Counted from the stretch's first letter, positions 10,776 to 20,868 are shown. The stretch: DNA of 35,100 bases from Synechococcus sp. (GCA_051439605.1 JBFRWN010000117.1:1-35100); one strand, 5' to 3'. The notes: a model not told the origin generated them from the letters alone. Program-made: numbers and translations.

Positions 10776-12251
10776 ATGCCAATTAGCGTTGGCATTTTAG
10801 CAATAGTCCTGGCGCTTGGCCTGAGTGCGGTTTGGTGGATCGATCGCCAAACTTCTCAGACGCTACCGCGTTGGCACCAAGCGATTGGGGTACCGCTGAT
10901 GCTGTGCCAGGTAATGGTGTGGTTGTGGCTAGCTCTCTCCCTGGCATTCCCTCGAGCGTTGGTCATTGTGTATCCGTACCTGACGGTGACGATTGCAGTG
11001 CTGCTGTCGCTGTTGTTGGTGCAGGGGGCGATCGAGCCGGTGCGCAGGATGTTGCGCAGGCCGCCCCCCCGAATCTTTTTTGACCTCGCACAAGTGTTTA
11101 TTAGCACGACGGTGTTGGCCTTGCTGGTATCTCATTTGTTTGAAGGGGTCGATCTGCGCGGCATCTTCAATTGGGTGTTTACCATTTCCACGGTGGGGGC
11201 TGTGGTGGTTGGCTTTGCCCTGCAGGAAACACTAGCGAATTTCTTTGCGGGTATTGGTCTGCAGATGGATGCACCATTTTTGCAGGGGGATTGGATTGCA
11301 CTGGATGACTGTCGGGGGGAGGTGCTGTCCTTGAACTGGCGGGCAACGGTGTTGAGGACGATCGATCGCGAGGTGATCTCCATACCCAACAGTCTGATTG
11401 GCCGCTCTAAGCTGATCAACTTCAGCCGGGAAAAAGCCTTTGCCCAGCAGGTGGAATTTGGCCTCAGCTATAAGGTTCCTCCTAGCCAGGTGGTGCAGGT
11501 ATTGCAGCGGGCAGCCCAGTCGGTGGACGGGGTACTGCAACAGCCGCCTGTCTCCGCGATCGTGCAGGGATATGCCGATTACTTTATTAACTATCAGGTG
11601 CTGTACTGGAGCCGGTTGCCGGGGGAACAGCGGCGCATCCAAAGTCAAATTCGCCAACGGGTGTGGTACGCCCTAGAGCGAGCGGGTATTTCTATTCCGT
11701 TTCCCATCCGGGATACGATTGTGCGCCGTCCGCAGTCGGATGAATTTTCTACGGTGCCCAAGGAGGCGCTCGATCGGCTGAAGGAGGTGGACTTTTTGCA
11801 AATGTGTTCCCCCGAACAGCAGCAGGAGTTTCTCGATTCCGGGCATCGATTGCGTTACACCAGCGGGGAAATTATTTGTCGGACGGGAGAACCGGGCGAT
11901 CGCTTTTTTATTATTTTGTCGGGGCAGGTGCAGGTAGTGTTGAAGCCCGGCCGGCCGGTGTTAGCTCGTCTCAAAGGGGGGGATTATTTTGGCGAGATTG
12001 CTGTATTGACGGGTCAGGTGCGCACGGCAACGGTGATGGCGACTGAGGATACACAGTTATTGGCGTTCGAGCGCAGGTCCTTCCAGCAGCTGATTGACTC
12101 TCATCCACAGATGGCCGAGCACATTGCCAAGGTGATTGCCGAGCGATCGCAAACTGCCCAGTCGGATGGAGACCGGCAACGGCAGCTAGAGGAGACTGCC
12201 AACCTGTTCGAACTGGTACGATCGGGAATCGTAAAGATTTTTGGTCGCTAG
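10776..12251 (+). CDS. MscS-family mechanosensitive channel with C-terminal cyclic-nucleotide-binding domain (bCNG-like)
   Basis: MscS TM3 motif VVGFALQETLANFFAGI, PFLQGDWI and IPNS. The cNMP cassette reads GDYFGEIAVLTGQVRTATV. An RBS (GAGGA) lies upstream. Confidence 0.92.
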   Translation: MPISVGILAIVLALGLSAVWWIDRQTSQTLPRWHQAIGVPLMLCQVMVWLWLALSLAFPRALVIVYPYLTVTIAVLLSLLLVQGAIEPVRRMLRRPPPRIFFDLAQVFISTTVLALLVSHLFEGVDLRGIFNWVFTISTVGAVVVGFALQETLANFFAGIGLQMDAPFLQGDWIALDDCRGEVLSLNWRATVLRTIDREVISIPNSLIGRSKLINFSREKAFAQQVEFGLSYKVPPSQVVQVLQRAAQSVDGVLQQPPVSAIVQGYADYFINYQVLYWSRLPGEQRRIQSQIRQRVWYALERAGISIPFPIRDTIVRRPQSDEFSTVPKEALDRLKEVDFLQMCSPEQQQEFLDSGHRLRYTSGEIICRTGEPGDRFFIILSGQVQVVLKPGRPVLARLKGGDYFGEIAVLTGQVRTATVMATEDTQLLAFERRSFQQLIDSHPQMAEHIAKVIAERSQTAQSDGDRQRQLEETANLFELVRSGIVKIFGR

Positions 12252-12304
12252 TCCGGTCTGCTTTCGTTACTCTCTAGATTGAATTATTCGTCGGTTGGTG
12301 GGTC

Positions 12305-12991
12305 ATGGGTTTAGCTGTTGACGATCTGAGGTTGATGCCTCTGTTTGAAGGGTTCGATCCAGAGGTCTTAGAGGCTTTGGGCAATCAGATGAACGTGCGG
12401 CAGCACCCTCAAAATCAACCGATTATTTTGCAGGATGATTGGGGCAGCAGTGTCTATTTTGTGGTGGATGGCTGGGTGAAGGTGCGCACCTTCAACATGG
12501 ATGGCAAAGAAGTCACGTTAAACATCCTCGGACCGGGGGAAGTTGTGGGAGAGATGGCGGCATTGGATGAAGCTCCTCGATCGACGGATGTGATTTCCCT
12601 GACGCCAACCAAGGTGGCGCTGATGCCTGCGAAAGCGTTTGTGGAGTTTTTAGAGTCTGATTCTGCTTGTGGGGTGCGGCTGGCGCAGTTGATGTCTCGG
12701 CGGTTGAGGCAGATCAACCGTCGCCTGCAGTTACGAGAGGCAGGTAGTATGGCGCGGGTGGCGGATGTTCTGCTCTTTTTGGCGGAGTTTCGCGGGCGAG
12801 TGAGTCGCGCCGGGGTAGAAATTCCCAATCTGCCCCATCGGGAATTGGGCAGCCTAAGTGGTTTGGTGCGGGAAACGGTGACACGATGTCTGGGCAAGTT
12901 GGAGAATAAAGGGCTGATTCTGCGCGATCGCGATCGGGATATCATCTGCATTCCCAACATGGACGACCTGGAAGATTTGTTGATTGAATAA
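12305..12991 (+). CDS. crp: CRP-family transcriptional regulator (cAMP receptor, SyCRP1/AnCrpA-like)
   Basis: cNMP cassette GEMAALDEAPRS, C-helix RRLRQINRRL and HTH recognition helix RETVTR. Confidence 0.88.
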   Translation: MGLAVDDLRLMPLFEGFDPEVLEALGNQMNVRQHPQNQPIILQDDWGSSVYFVVDGWVKVRTFNMDGKEVTLNILGPGEVVGEMAALDEAPRSTDVISLTPTKVALMPAKAFVEFLESDSACGVRLAQLMSRRLRQINRRLQLREAGSMARVADVLLFLAEFRGRVSRAGVEIPNLPHRELGSLSGLVRETVTRCLGKLENKGLILRDRDRDIICIPNMDDLEDLLIE

Positions 12992-13191
12992 CTTGAATGT
13001 TCGAGTAACTGTTTGAACACCCTGAAGAGCAGCGATCTCCCGTTTGCATCCAATCAACCCAACTAGAAGTTCCCTCCATCAGGTTGTGGAGGCAAAACCT
13101 GAACCCTCGAGCGAGACAAGCGGCTGTACTAGACACTAGCTCAACAGGTTGAATCCAGTCCCGATCGTGCTGACCCATCGCCCCTGCTGCC

Positions 13192-15396
13192 ATGTCTAAC
13201 CTGATAGTGTTCCTGCGCGATCGCCTCTTTCGCAACCGATGGAACGGCTTGACTCCGCGTTTGCGCAAACAACTGCTGACCGTTTCGGGGACTACGGGCG
13301 TTATTCTGCTGCTGTGGCTGGCGGTTTTGCCCTCCCGAGAAGACTTGAATGCTTTTCAGCCGCGAGAGATCGGTCGAACCCTGCAGTTTATTCGGGGTTC
13401 CGTAAATGGCACCGTTTCCCTCGAACCTTACGAACTGGGCCTGATGTCGCTGTTTACAAGGCTGAGGGGGCGCACTCTCCCCCCTGACAACATTGTGCTG
13501 TTGGCAATTGATGACGAATCCCTCAATATTGCTGACAATGTGTTTCCCGAAGAGTTGGAAGAAACCCCCATTCTCAAGGCCATGAATACTTGGCCGTGGC
13601 CCCGTCGGGTGCATGCCCGTGCAGTGGAATTGCTGATGGATGCAGGGGCCAAGGCGGTGATTTTTGATGTTGTGTTCAGCACCCCCAGTTCCTACGGTCC
13701 CCGGGACGATCTGTCTTTCGCAGACATCCTGGCGACATATGGCGATCGCGTTGCATTGGCGGCCATATACCCTGACCCAACCGTGCGGGGGGGGTCAATT
13801 CATCGCGTCAGACTGCCGGTGCCAAGCTTGCTGGAGGCTGGAGCCAGAGTGGGGTATGTCAATCTTCCCTTGGAAGATAACGGAGCGGTATACCAGCTCT
13901 ATTCGAAATTCGATCCCCCCGCACATTCCCCTTTATTTGGGATTTCGAGGGACGATCCCTCAGCCAATTCACCGTTAGCTGGTTTAGAAGAATTACCGTC
14001 ACTTGCAGAAGCCGGTTTGGCTGCATCTGGAACCGAGGTTCCTCAGCAGGTGGGGGACTGGGTGTACTTCTACGGGGGAAGTGGTTCCCTACCCACCGTT
14101 TCCTATTCCCAGCTACTGGTACCTGCTCTGCGCGAACACAATTTAGATGAGGATACTTTTCGCGACAAGGTGGTCCTGATTGGGGCTACCGCTGTCGTGC
14201 TACAAGACTTTCATTTCACCCCCTGGGGCAGAATGCCGGGGCCGGAGATTGTTCTGACAAACTTGGCTAACTTGCAGGAAAAGAGGTGGTTGAGAACTCT
14301 GCCCTGGCAATTACAGCTATTCGCGATCGTGGGTGTGGGGCTGGGGGGCGGTTGGTGGGTGTCTAGACCCACCAATACTCAATTCATTGTCTTGCGAACT
14401 CTGGTGGCTACTACCGCTTGGGTAGGGTTGTCCTACATCCTGTTTTTATCGGGTTGGGCGATTACTGTGACGGTGTGGGCCGGTGCAGCTCTCTTTTTCT
14501 CTGGCATTCTAGATTCGGTTAACAGCGCGATCGCCGATCGCCTCAATCGCCTCCGTCTCAGGTCCACTCTAGAGCGCTACGTCTCAGCCCCTGTGGCTGC
14601 CGAAATTATTGCCTCCCAACAGAAGGATTTGCAGACCTTACTAAAGGGAAAAAGTCTCAAGGTGTCGCTGCTGTTCTCCGATATTCGGGGATTCACCACT
14701 ATCTCTAGTCAACTGCCACCAGAAATGCTGGTTCCCCAACTCAATCGCTATCTCGGGGCGATGGTGGAGGCCATTACCCACCACCAGGGGTGCGTAGATA
14801 AGTTCATTGGGGATGCCGTGATGGCGGAGTTTGGCTCCCCCATTAGCGCAGGCTATAAGCAGGACGCCATGAATGCGATTCGGGCTGCATTAGACATGCG
14901 GGCGGTGTTATCCACATTACGCCAGGAGTGGAAGCAAGTGGGGAAGCCGCTGATGTTTAACGGTATTGGTATCAACTTTGGTGAGGTTGTGGTGGGAAAT
15001 ATTGGCTCACCGCAGCGGTTGGAATATACGGCGATCGGAGACACCGTAAACGTGGCCAGTCGAGTCGAGTCTCTGACGAAAGACTTTAAGACGGACTTGA
15101 TTGTGACTCAGTCGGTGTACGAGCTGGTTCAGGACGAGATCGAGGTTAATCCCCTGGGGACTCGACAGCTGCGGGGCCGCAGTTCCGAAACAGCCCTGTT
15201 TGAAGTCATTGGGTTAAAGGGGCAAGGTCGTGAATTGTTCGATCGCGTTAAAGCGGACTTTGCCGCCCATACTGCCTGCAAAGAGTCGCGCGGTGAATCC
15301 TACGGATCAGTAGCGAATGCGGGGATCGATATAGGCGTTGAGGATATCCAGCAGCAAGCTGACGGTGACCACAATGGAAGCGAAGAACACCACTAG
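13192..15396 (+). CDS. CHASE2-domain membrane class III adenylate cyclase
   Basis: CHASE2 motifs (LAIDDESL, WPWPR, AVIFDVVF, DKVVLIGATA..LQDFH.TP...MPGPE), three TM helices, then a cyclase core (LFSDIRGFT, DKFIGDAVM, YTAIGDTVNVASR). The K/T specificity residues indicate ATP. Confidence 0.93.
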   Translation: MSNLIVFLRDRLFRNRWNGLTPRLRKQLLTVSGTTGVILLLWLAVLPSREDLNAFQPREIGRTLQFIRGSVNGTVSLEPYELGLMSLFTRLRGRTLPPDNIVLLAIDDESLNIADNVFPEELEETPILKAMNTWPWPRRVHARAVELLMDAGAKAVIFDVVFSTPSSYGPRDDLSFADILATYGDRVALAAIYPDPTVRGGSIHRVRLPVPSLLEAGARVGYVNLPLEDNGAVYQLYSKFDPPAHSPLFGISRDDPSANSPLAGLEELPSLAEAGLAASGTEVPQQVGDWVYFYGGSGSLPTVSYSQLLVPALREHNLDEDTFRDKVVLIGATAVVLQDFHFTPWGRMPGPEIVLTNLANLQEKRWLRTLPWQLQLFAIVGVGLGGGWWVSRPTNTQFIVLRTLVATTAWVGLSYILFLSGWAITVTVWAGAALFFSGILDSVNSAIADRLNRLRLRSTLERYVSAPVAAEIIASQQKDLQTLLKGKSLKVSLLFSDIRGFTTISSQLPPEMLVPQLNRYLGAMVEAITHHQGCVDKFIGDAVMAEFGSPISAGYKQDAMNAIRAALDMRAVLSTLRQEWKQVGKPLMFNGIGINFGEVVVGNIGSPQRLEYTAIGDTVNVASRVESLTKDFKTDLIVTQSVYELVQDEIEVNPLGTRQLRGRSSETALFEVIGLKGQGRELFDRVKADFAAHTACKESRGESYGSVANAGIDIGVEDIQQQADGDHNGSEEHH

Positions 15397-16335
15397 CCCC
15401 TGCACCACCGGATAATCCCGCTCGCTGATGGCCTGCACCAGTCGGCTGGCTAGACCCGGCCAGGAAAACGTTACCTCCGTCAGCAACGCTCCCCCCATCA
15501 ACGAGGCCAATGCCAAACCCACCACCGTGAGAATGGGCACCAAGGCATTGCGCCCCGCGTGCAGCAAAACCACCCGCCACTCGCTTAACCCTTTGGCCCG
15601 AGCTGCTGCGATAAAGGGTAGATCTAAGACGGTTAGCATGTGGGCTCGAATCATGCGAGCAAACACCCCCGCCAACACAATCCCCAATGTGAATGCAGGC
15701 ATGGCCAGATGATGAAAAATTGCCCCAAGGGTTGCCCATTGACCGCTGAGCATGGCATCCACGATGTAAAGCCCCGTCACCGTTGGTGGAGGAGACACCG
15801 CGATCGGTAGGCGGCTACCGATGGGAAACCAGCGCAAATACACCCCAAACACCAACTGAAACAGCATCCCGATCCAGAAAACAGGGATGGCGTAGGTGAG
15901 GATGCCGGTGGTACGGGTGGTGCTGTCAATGGGGCTACCCGGTCGGGTGGCGGCGAGCAGACCCAGGGGGACTGCCAATATTAGGGAAACTAGCAGCCCG
16001 GCGATCGCCAGCTCGAACGAAGCCGGAAAGAAATGACCAATGATGTCCCAGACGGGCTTGCCCGTAGATGAGATAGAGGTGCCCAGATCAAGCTGCAGCA
16101 ATTGCCCGATATAGCCAAGGTATTGATCCCACAGCGAGCCAGTGAGTCCCAACGTTTGGCGCATTTGCTCACGTGTGGCTTCAGAAGCCCGTGGCCCCAA
16201 CACCGCATCCACCGGGTCCCCCGGCACAATTCTGAGCAGCGCGAAGAGAATACTAGCTACCACCCATAGGGTGAGGGGGAGCAATAGCAGTCGGGTGATG
16301 ACGAAATTACGCAGCGAACTGGTTTGGCGGTTCAC
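15307..16335 (-). CDS. dppB: Peptide/nickel ABC transporter permease (DppB/OppB-like)
   Basis: Motifs VPGDP, LDLGTS, FPASFEL, AARAKGL, RNALVP, TEVTFSWPGL, RDYPVVQG and IDPRIRY. GTG start. Confidence 0.92.
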   Translation of the reverse strand: MNRQTSSLRNFVITRLLLLPLTLWVVASILFALLRIVPGDPVDAVLGPRASEATREQMRQTLGLTGSLWDQYLGYIGQLLQLDLGTSISSTGKPVWDIIGHFFPASFELAIAGLLVSLILAVPLGLLAATRPGSPIDSTTRTTGILTYAIPVFWIGMLFQLVFGVYLRWFPIGSRLPIAVSPPPTVTGLYIVDAMLSGQWATLGAIFHHLAMPAFTLGIVLAGVFARMIRAHMLTVLDLPFIAAARAKGLSEWRVVLLHAGRNALVPILTVVGLALASLMGGALLTEVTFSWPGLASRLVQAISERDYPVVQGLVVFFASIVVTVSLLLDILNAYIDPRIRY

Positions 16336-16525
16336 GGTTTTCCCTAAAGTCTTTGCTGGGCAAGGCAGAATGGCGATCGCTGAACTAGTTGTACCTTCCC
16401 CAGTCCAAAACAGCTACGCTGGAAAATCAATCTCCTGTCAGGTTTTTTGGCTTTTGTTATCAGTGCTGTCTAGCTGCAAGAGTCTTCTTCCCTCTTAGGG
16501 TGATAACAAGGTTATGGGGAGGTAA

Positions 16526-16546
16526 TATTCCACAACCTTTTCCACA
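16526..16546 (+). promoter_or_regulatory. Tandem DnaA-box-like sites
   Basis: TATTCCACA (16526-34) and an exact cyanobacterial box TTTTCCACA (16538-46) in an AT-rich intergenic stretch. Confidence 0.35.
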
Positions 16547-16577
16547 GTGTTAATAAAAACTTTCTGTTTACGTTTTC

Positions 16578-16901
16578 TTACTTCCTTCGCACGGCAGTTA
16601 GCTTGGCAGAGCCTACCCAAGCCTCTAATTTCTGCAGATCGTTGAGAACGCGATCTGGAAGCGAATAATGGGACATCTGGACGGGTTTCCCTTTACGTTC
16701 ACAGGTAAATGGGATGCAGCCTGCTGAATGATATTGCTTGAGATTGTGGCGATCGCACTTGAAGTAGAGTTGACCCTCGGCCACAAAACCAAACATTAAC
16801 CCTTCGACAAATAGACCATCGCCCCCAAACATGGCCCGTTGCCTGACAGGGGCGCAAAGCTGGAGCTTATCCACCAGCTCTTCCACCAACTGAATTGCCA
16901 T
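16578..16901 (-). CDS. TfoX/Sxy N-terminal domain protein
   Basis: Motifs RAMFGGDGLF...MFGFV....LYFKCD, PF....G....MSHY.LP..V......L..W. An RBS (GGAG) lies upstream. Confidence 0.88.
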   Translation of the reverse strand: MAIQLVEELVDKLQLCAPVRQRAMFGGDGLFVEGLMFGFVAEGQLYFKCDRHNLKQYHSAGCIPFTCERKGKPVQMSHYSLPDRVLNDLQKLEAWVGSAKLTAVRRK

Positions 16902-17067
16902 GCTCTGGTTCTCCCGCTCCTATCTCCGTTAGCCTCTTGCAATCATGACGTATACAATCCCGCTTGACTGTTAACGGATTGCGCATTTCGAAGATTTCCC
17001 CGCAAAAATCAGTTACCGGTAGTCTTGATCCTCAAGATTCCTCTTCCCAAAAGAGTTCAATCCTGCC

Positions 17068-18684
17068 ATGTCTTTGCGATTGCGTCGCATTTTACTTTTG
17101 GGCTTTGCCCTGCTGCTGTTGGTAGCTATTGGCTATTGGGTGACTCCTCTGGGCGATCGCGCTCCACAGCAACTTTTACTGCTGGAGCCACTCCCCCAAC
17201 ATCCCGATATTCAGGTGGCATTTAACCAGGTTCGCTCCCACCGCTACACCGATCCCTACCGCCACATCGAACGCTACGGCGATGATTTAGAAGCGCTGCT
17301 AATTCAAGAGATCGGTCGGGCCCAGTACTCGCTGGCGGTTGCGGTGCAGGAACTGAATCTGCCGGATGTGGCCCACGCGTTGGCAGAGCGCCAGCGGGCA
17401 GGGGTAAGGGTGCGGGCGATCGTGGAAAACAGCTACCGGCGCAATTGGGGGGATTTGACCCCATATCAAATTGATGAGCTGGATGAAGGGGATCGGCAAA
17501 AGTATGCCGAATATGTTCAGCTTGTGGATATTAACCGCGACGGACGCATTTCACCTGCAGAACGCCAACAACAGGACGTACTAGACATAATGGCGGAAGC
17601 GGGCATCCCTATTGTGGATGACAGGGAGGATGGATCTCAGGGGAGTGACTTAATGCACCACAAATTCATGGTGGTGGATGGTCGTAGGGTGGTGACGGGC
17701 TCGGCAAACTGGACCATGAGTGGTATTCATGGAGATTTTGACCGGCCTGATAGCCGCGGAAATGCTAATCATATTTTAGCGATCGCCAGCGAAGAGCTGG
17801 CTCAGATTTTTACTGAAGAATTCGAGCTGATGTGGGGGGATGGTCCTGAGGGGAAGCCAGATAGCCGCTTTGGGGTGAGTAAGCCAGAGCGGTCCACCAA
17901 AGTCGTGCAGGTGGGAGACGCCACCGTGGCCGTTCACTTCTCTCCGGCAGGTACGCAGGTGGATTACAACATCAGCAGCGGTGGGGAAATCGTGCGTATG
18001 TTATCCCGCGCCAGTCGCTCTGTCGATCTCGCTCTGTTCGTGTTTAGCGATCGCACCATTGCCCAGCAACTGCAAACCCTGCGCAGCCGAGATATAGAGA
18101 TTCGGGGGGTGTTCGATCCGGGGTTTGCCTACCGCGATTTCAGCCAAACACTGACTCTTTGGAATTTAGCGGGCGATCGCTGTTTGGCAGAGGGGGAGCT
18201 CCAGTTGCCGTCGCTTGGAAGCATTGGTGTTCCAGAGTTACCTGCAGGGGATAAGCTGCACCACAAATTCGCCATCCTCGACGCCTTTACCCCCCAACCT
18301 CGCATCATCACCGGTTCCCACAACTGGAGTAATTCCGCTAATCGCAACAACGACGAGACGCTGTTGGCGATCGACTCCCCCACCGTTTCCGCCCACTTTT
18401 CGCGAGAATTCGATCGCCTCTACAGCAGCGCGACGCTAGGTCCACCCCCATTTCTACTGGCGGATGCATCCGATCCGGTTCCCTGCCCCCCAGAAGAGGG
18501 GATTGTCGTGGTTAACCTCAATTCCGCCTCCTTGGCTGAGCTGAATACTTTGCCCGGAATTGGACCCACCTTGGCCAAGCGCATAGTGGAGGCTCGCCCC
18601 ATCCGTTCGCTACGCGAGCTGGAGGACATCGACGGCATCGGTCCTCGAAAATTGGAGGAGTTGCGTGGACGGGTGGTGTGGTGA
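17068..18684 (+). CDS. comA: Competence protein ComA-like: two PLD/nuclease (HKD) domains plus C-terminal ComEA helix-hairpin-helix
   Basis: N-terminal TM, HHKFMVVD and HHKFAILD (HxKxxxxD), GSANW/GSHNW, and VNLNSAS..EL..LPGIGP.LA.RIV..RP.....L..I.GIG. Confidence 0.85.
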   Translation: MSLRLRRILLLGFALLLLVAIGYWVTPLGDRAPQQLLLLEPLPQHPDIQVAFNQVRSHRYTDPYRHIERYGDDLEALLIQEIGRAQYSLAVAVQELNLPDVAHALAERQRAGVRVRAIVENSYRRNWGDLTPYQIDELDEGDRQKYAEYVQLVDINRDGRISPAERQQQDVLDIMAEAGIPIVDDREDGSQGSDLMHHKFMVVDGRRVVTGSANWTMSGIHGDFDRPDSRGNANHILAIASEELAQIFTEEFELMWGDGPEGKPDSRFGVSKPERSTKVVQVGDATVAVHFSPAGTQVDYNISSGGEIVRMLSRASRSVDLALFVFSDRTIAQQLQTLRSRDIEIRGVFDPGFAYRDFSQTLTLWNLAGDRCLAEGELQLPSLGSIGVPELPAGDKLHHKFAILDAFTPQPRIITGSHNWSNSANRNNDETLLAIDSPTVSAHFSREFDRLYSSATLGPPPFLLADASDPVPCPPEEGIVVVNLNSASLAELNTLPGIGPTLAKRIVEARPIRSLRELEDIDGIGPRKLEELRGRVVW

Positions 18685-18705
18685 TGTATGACGACTGCCC
18701 AGTCG

Positions 18706-20610
18706 CTAAGCGCTGGCGGCATCGGCGGCGGTAGTTTTCAGTCCATCTGGTAGGGCGGATTCGGGGTGAAAATACACATAAATCTGTTCGGCTAGCTTGG
18801 GACCAATTCCGGATACCTGAGCCAATTCCTGCCGCGAGGCAATTTGTATGCGAGACACTGAGCGAAACTCCTCTAGCAAGAGCTTTTGCCGATGGGCACC
18901 CAAGCCCGGAATGTCATCCAGTGTGGAATGCTGTTGCCTCACCTTGCGCTGCTGGCGGTGGAAGGTGAGAGCAAAGCGGTGAGCTTCATCCCGCAGTCGC
19001 TGAAGCAGAAGCCGACCTGGATCGTCTTCCACCAGCAGAATAGGATCGGACTGCCCTGGCAAGAATATCGCTTCTTCCCGCTTCGCCAATCCAATGATTG
19101 GTAAATCCTCCAAACCCAATCTTTCCAGCTCAGCCATTACCGCTGACAGTTGCCCCTTGCCCCCATCAATCAGGACAAGGTCGGGGACGTCCTCCTCCTT
19201 CATGGCCCCAAACCGACGGCGGGCCACCTCCGCATGGCTGGCAAAGTCGTCCGATCGACCAATATGCACGTCGGGGTTGCGAATTTTGTAGCGCCGGTAA
19301 TGCTGCTTGGCGGGTAGCCCATCCACAAATACCACCCGACTACCAACGGCGTCCGAGCCCTGAATGTGGGAGATGTCGTAGGCCTCCATACGATGGGGAG
19401 GGGCTTTTAGATTTAGGACATCAGCCAGCCGCTGCAGCGCCACCGCATCGCGATCGGCGAGCCGCTGGTTGCGATCCAGCTCGAACTGGGCGTTACGCTC
19501 TACCATTTCCAGCAGCTCCGCTTTTAATTGCCGCTGAGGAGCTACCAAGCTGACTTTGCGCCCTTTCTTCTCGCTCAGCCAGTCCTCCAAAAAATCTGCG
19601 TCGGGTAGTTCCTGTTGAGTCAAAATCTCTAGCGGAATTTCCACCGGATCGCAGTTTTGATAATGTTCTTCCAGCGCCCGCTGCAGGATGAGGGCAGGGT
19701 CGGCACCGCTGTCGGCTACGAATCCAAGCCGACCCACCAGTTTGCCCGCCCGTACCTGGAAGAGTTGAATGCAGGTGCGATGGGGGTTAGAGGCTAGGGC
19801 GATCGCATCCCGAGACACTGTCGAGTTAGGTAACGATACCTTCTGCCGTTCCCCTAACTGCTGGAGTCCCCGCAGGCGATCGCGAAATCGAGCTGCCGCC
19901 TCAAAATTCTCCGCCTGTGCCGCCTCCAGCATCCGCTGCTCTAGCCCTGCAATTAACTCGTCCGCCTGTCCCTGAAACACCATCGCCACCCCATTGAGGG
20001 TTTGATGATAGTCCTCTGGGTCAATCAGCCCTTGGCAAACCCCCGGACAGCGACCAATGTCGTAGTTGAGGCAGGTGCGATCCTTATAAAGCGGCTTGTA
20101 GCGCTGCCGCAGTGGAAAGATGCGCTTGACGAGGCCGAGGGTATAGCGCAGGCTACTGACGTCGGTGTAGGGACCGTAATAGCGATCGCGCTTGCCGTTG
20201 TGTTCCCGTTGCAGGCGTCGGTTGCGGGTAATGAACAGTTGGGGATAGTCCTGCGACCAAGTGATGCAGAGGTAAGGATATTTCTTGTCGTCTTTAAGCA
20301 GAACGTTGTAGGGGGGCTGATTCGTCTTAATGAGGTTGTCTTCGAGGGCTAGGGCTTCTGCCTCTGTATCCGTGACGATAAATTCTATTTCGCAGATTTG
20401 CATCACCATCTGCTGTTTGCGGGGAGACAGGTCGGTGCTAAAGCGAAAGTAAGAACGCACCCGCGATCGCAGCCGTTTAGATTTACCTACATAAAGAATA
20501 TTGTCGGTTTTGTCCCGCATGAGGTAGACGCCCGGCTCCATTGGAATTTCTTTCAAACGGGCTTCCAGGATGTTTCGGTTTTGCAAGAGTGGCTCGCGGG
20601 CAATGCTCAT
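18706..20610 (-). CDS. uvrC: Excinuclease ABC subunit C
   Basis: GIY-YIG region PGVY...LYVGKSK.LR.RV.SYF, a UVR domain, [22 protein letters not shown] and C-terminal HhH motifs. Confidence 0.98.
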   Translation of the reverse strand: MSIAREPLLQNRNILEARLKEIPMEPGVYLMRDKTDNILYVGKSKRLRSRVRSYFRFSTDLSPRKQQMVMQICEIEFIVTDTEAEALALEDNLIKTNQPPYNVLLKDDKKYPYLCITWSQDYPQLFITRNRRLQREHNGKRDRYYGPYTDVSSLRYTLGLVKRIFPLRQRYKPLYKDRTCLNYDIGRCPGVCQGLIDPEDYHQTLNGVAMVFQGQADELIAGLEQRMLEAAQAENFEAAARFRDRLRGLQQLGERQKVSLPNSTVSRDAIALASNPHRTCIQLFQVRAGKLVGRLGFVADSGADPALILQRALEEHYQNCDPVEIPLEILTQQELPDADFLEDWLSEKKGRKVSLVAPQRQLKAELLEMVERNAQFELDRNQRLADRDAVALQRLADVLNLKAPPHRMEAYDISHIQGSDAVGSRVVFVDGLPAKQHYRRYKIRNPDVHIGRSDDFASHAEVARRRFGAMKEEDVPDLVLIDGGKGQLSAVMAELERLGLEDLPIIGLAKREEAIFLPGQSDPILLVEDDPGRLLLQRLRDEAHRFALTFHRQQRKVRQQHSTLDDIPGLGAHRQKLLLEEFRSVSRIQIASRQELAQVSGIGPKLAEQIYVYFHPESALPDGLKTTAADAASA

Positions 20611-20795
20611 GAGCAGTTCTGGACTAGAAGTTGACTCAGCCTAGCGCAACTGCCTAACAAGCTAAAGCCCCTATAGGTAATGACACGGGCTGTGAAAGAC
20701 TCTCTATTGCGATAATCCTTTTTGCGCTCAACGCATAACGCTGAAAAAACATGTGTAACTATCTAAACAGCTAGCGACACCAGAGATTCTCTAGA

Positions 20796-20868
20796 AGCTG
20801 ATGACCGGACTTGAACCGGTGGCCTGCTCATTACGAGTGAGCTGCTCTACCAACTGAGCTACATCAGC
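20796..20868 (-). tRNA. trnT: tRNA-Thr (anticodon CGT), CCA not encoded
   Basis: Reverse complement GCTGATGTAGCTCAGTTGGTAGAGCAGCTCACTCGTAATGAGCAGGCCACCGGTTCAAGTCCGGTCATCAGCT folds as a cloverleaf: acceptor GCTGATG/CATCAGC, anticodon loop CT-CGT-AA, T-loop GTTCAA. Confidence 0.96.

Noticed and set aside
13192..15396. Cyclase as a guanylate cyclase (Synechocystis Cya2-like)
   Set aside because: The specificity positions are Lys (DKFIGD) and Thr (YTAIGD), the ATP-type pattern.
17075..17089. TGCGA-ttgcg-TCGCA resembling a CRP-S site at the start of comA
   Set aside because: The spacer is 5 bp rather than 6, and the site lies inside the coding sequence (LRLRR codons).
17068..18684. PLD nuclease as an anti-phage defence gene
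   Set aside because: The N-terminal membrane anchor and ComEA HhH tail match the competence protein ComA, and there is no defence-type partner nearby.
20611..20868. tRNA-Thr as an integration site for a genomic island
   Set aside because: No integrase and no duplicated tRNA 3' end were seen, and the flanking genes are core genes.
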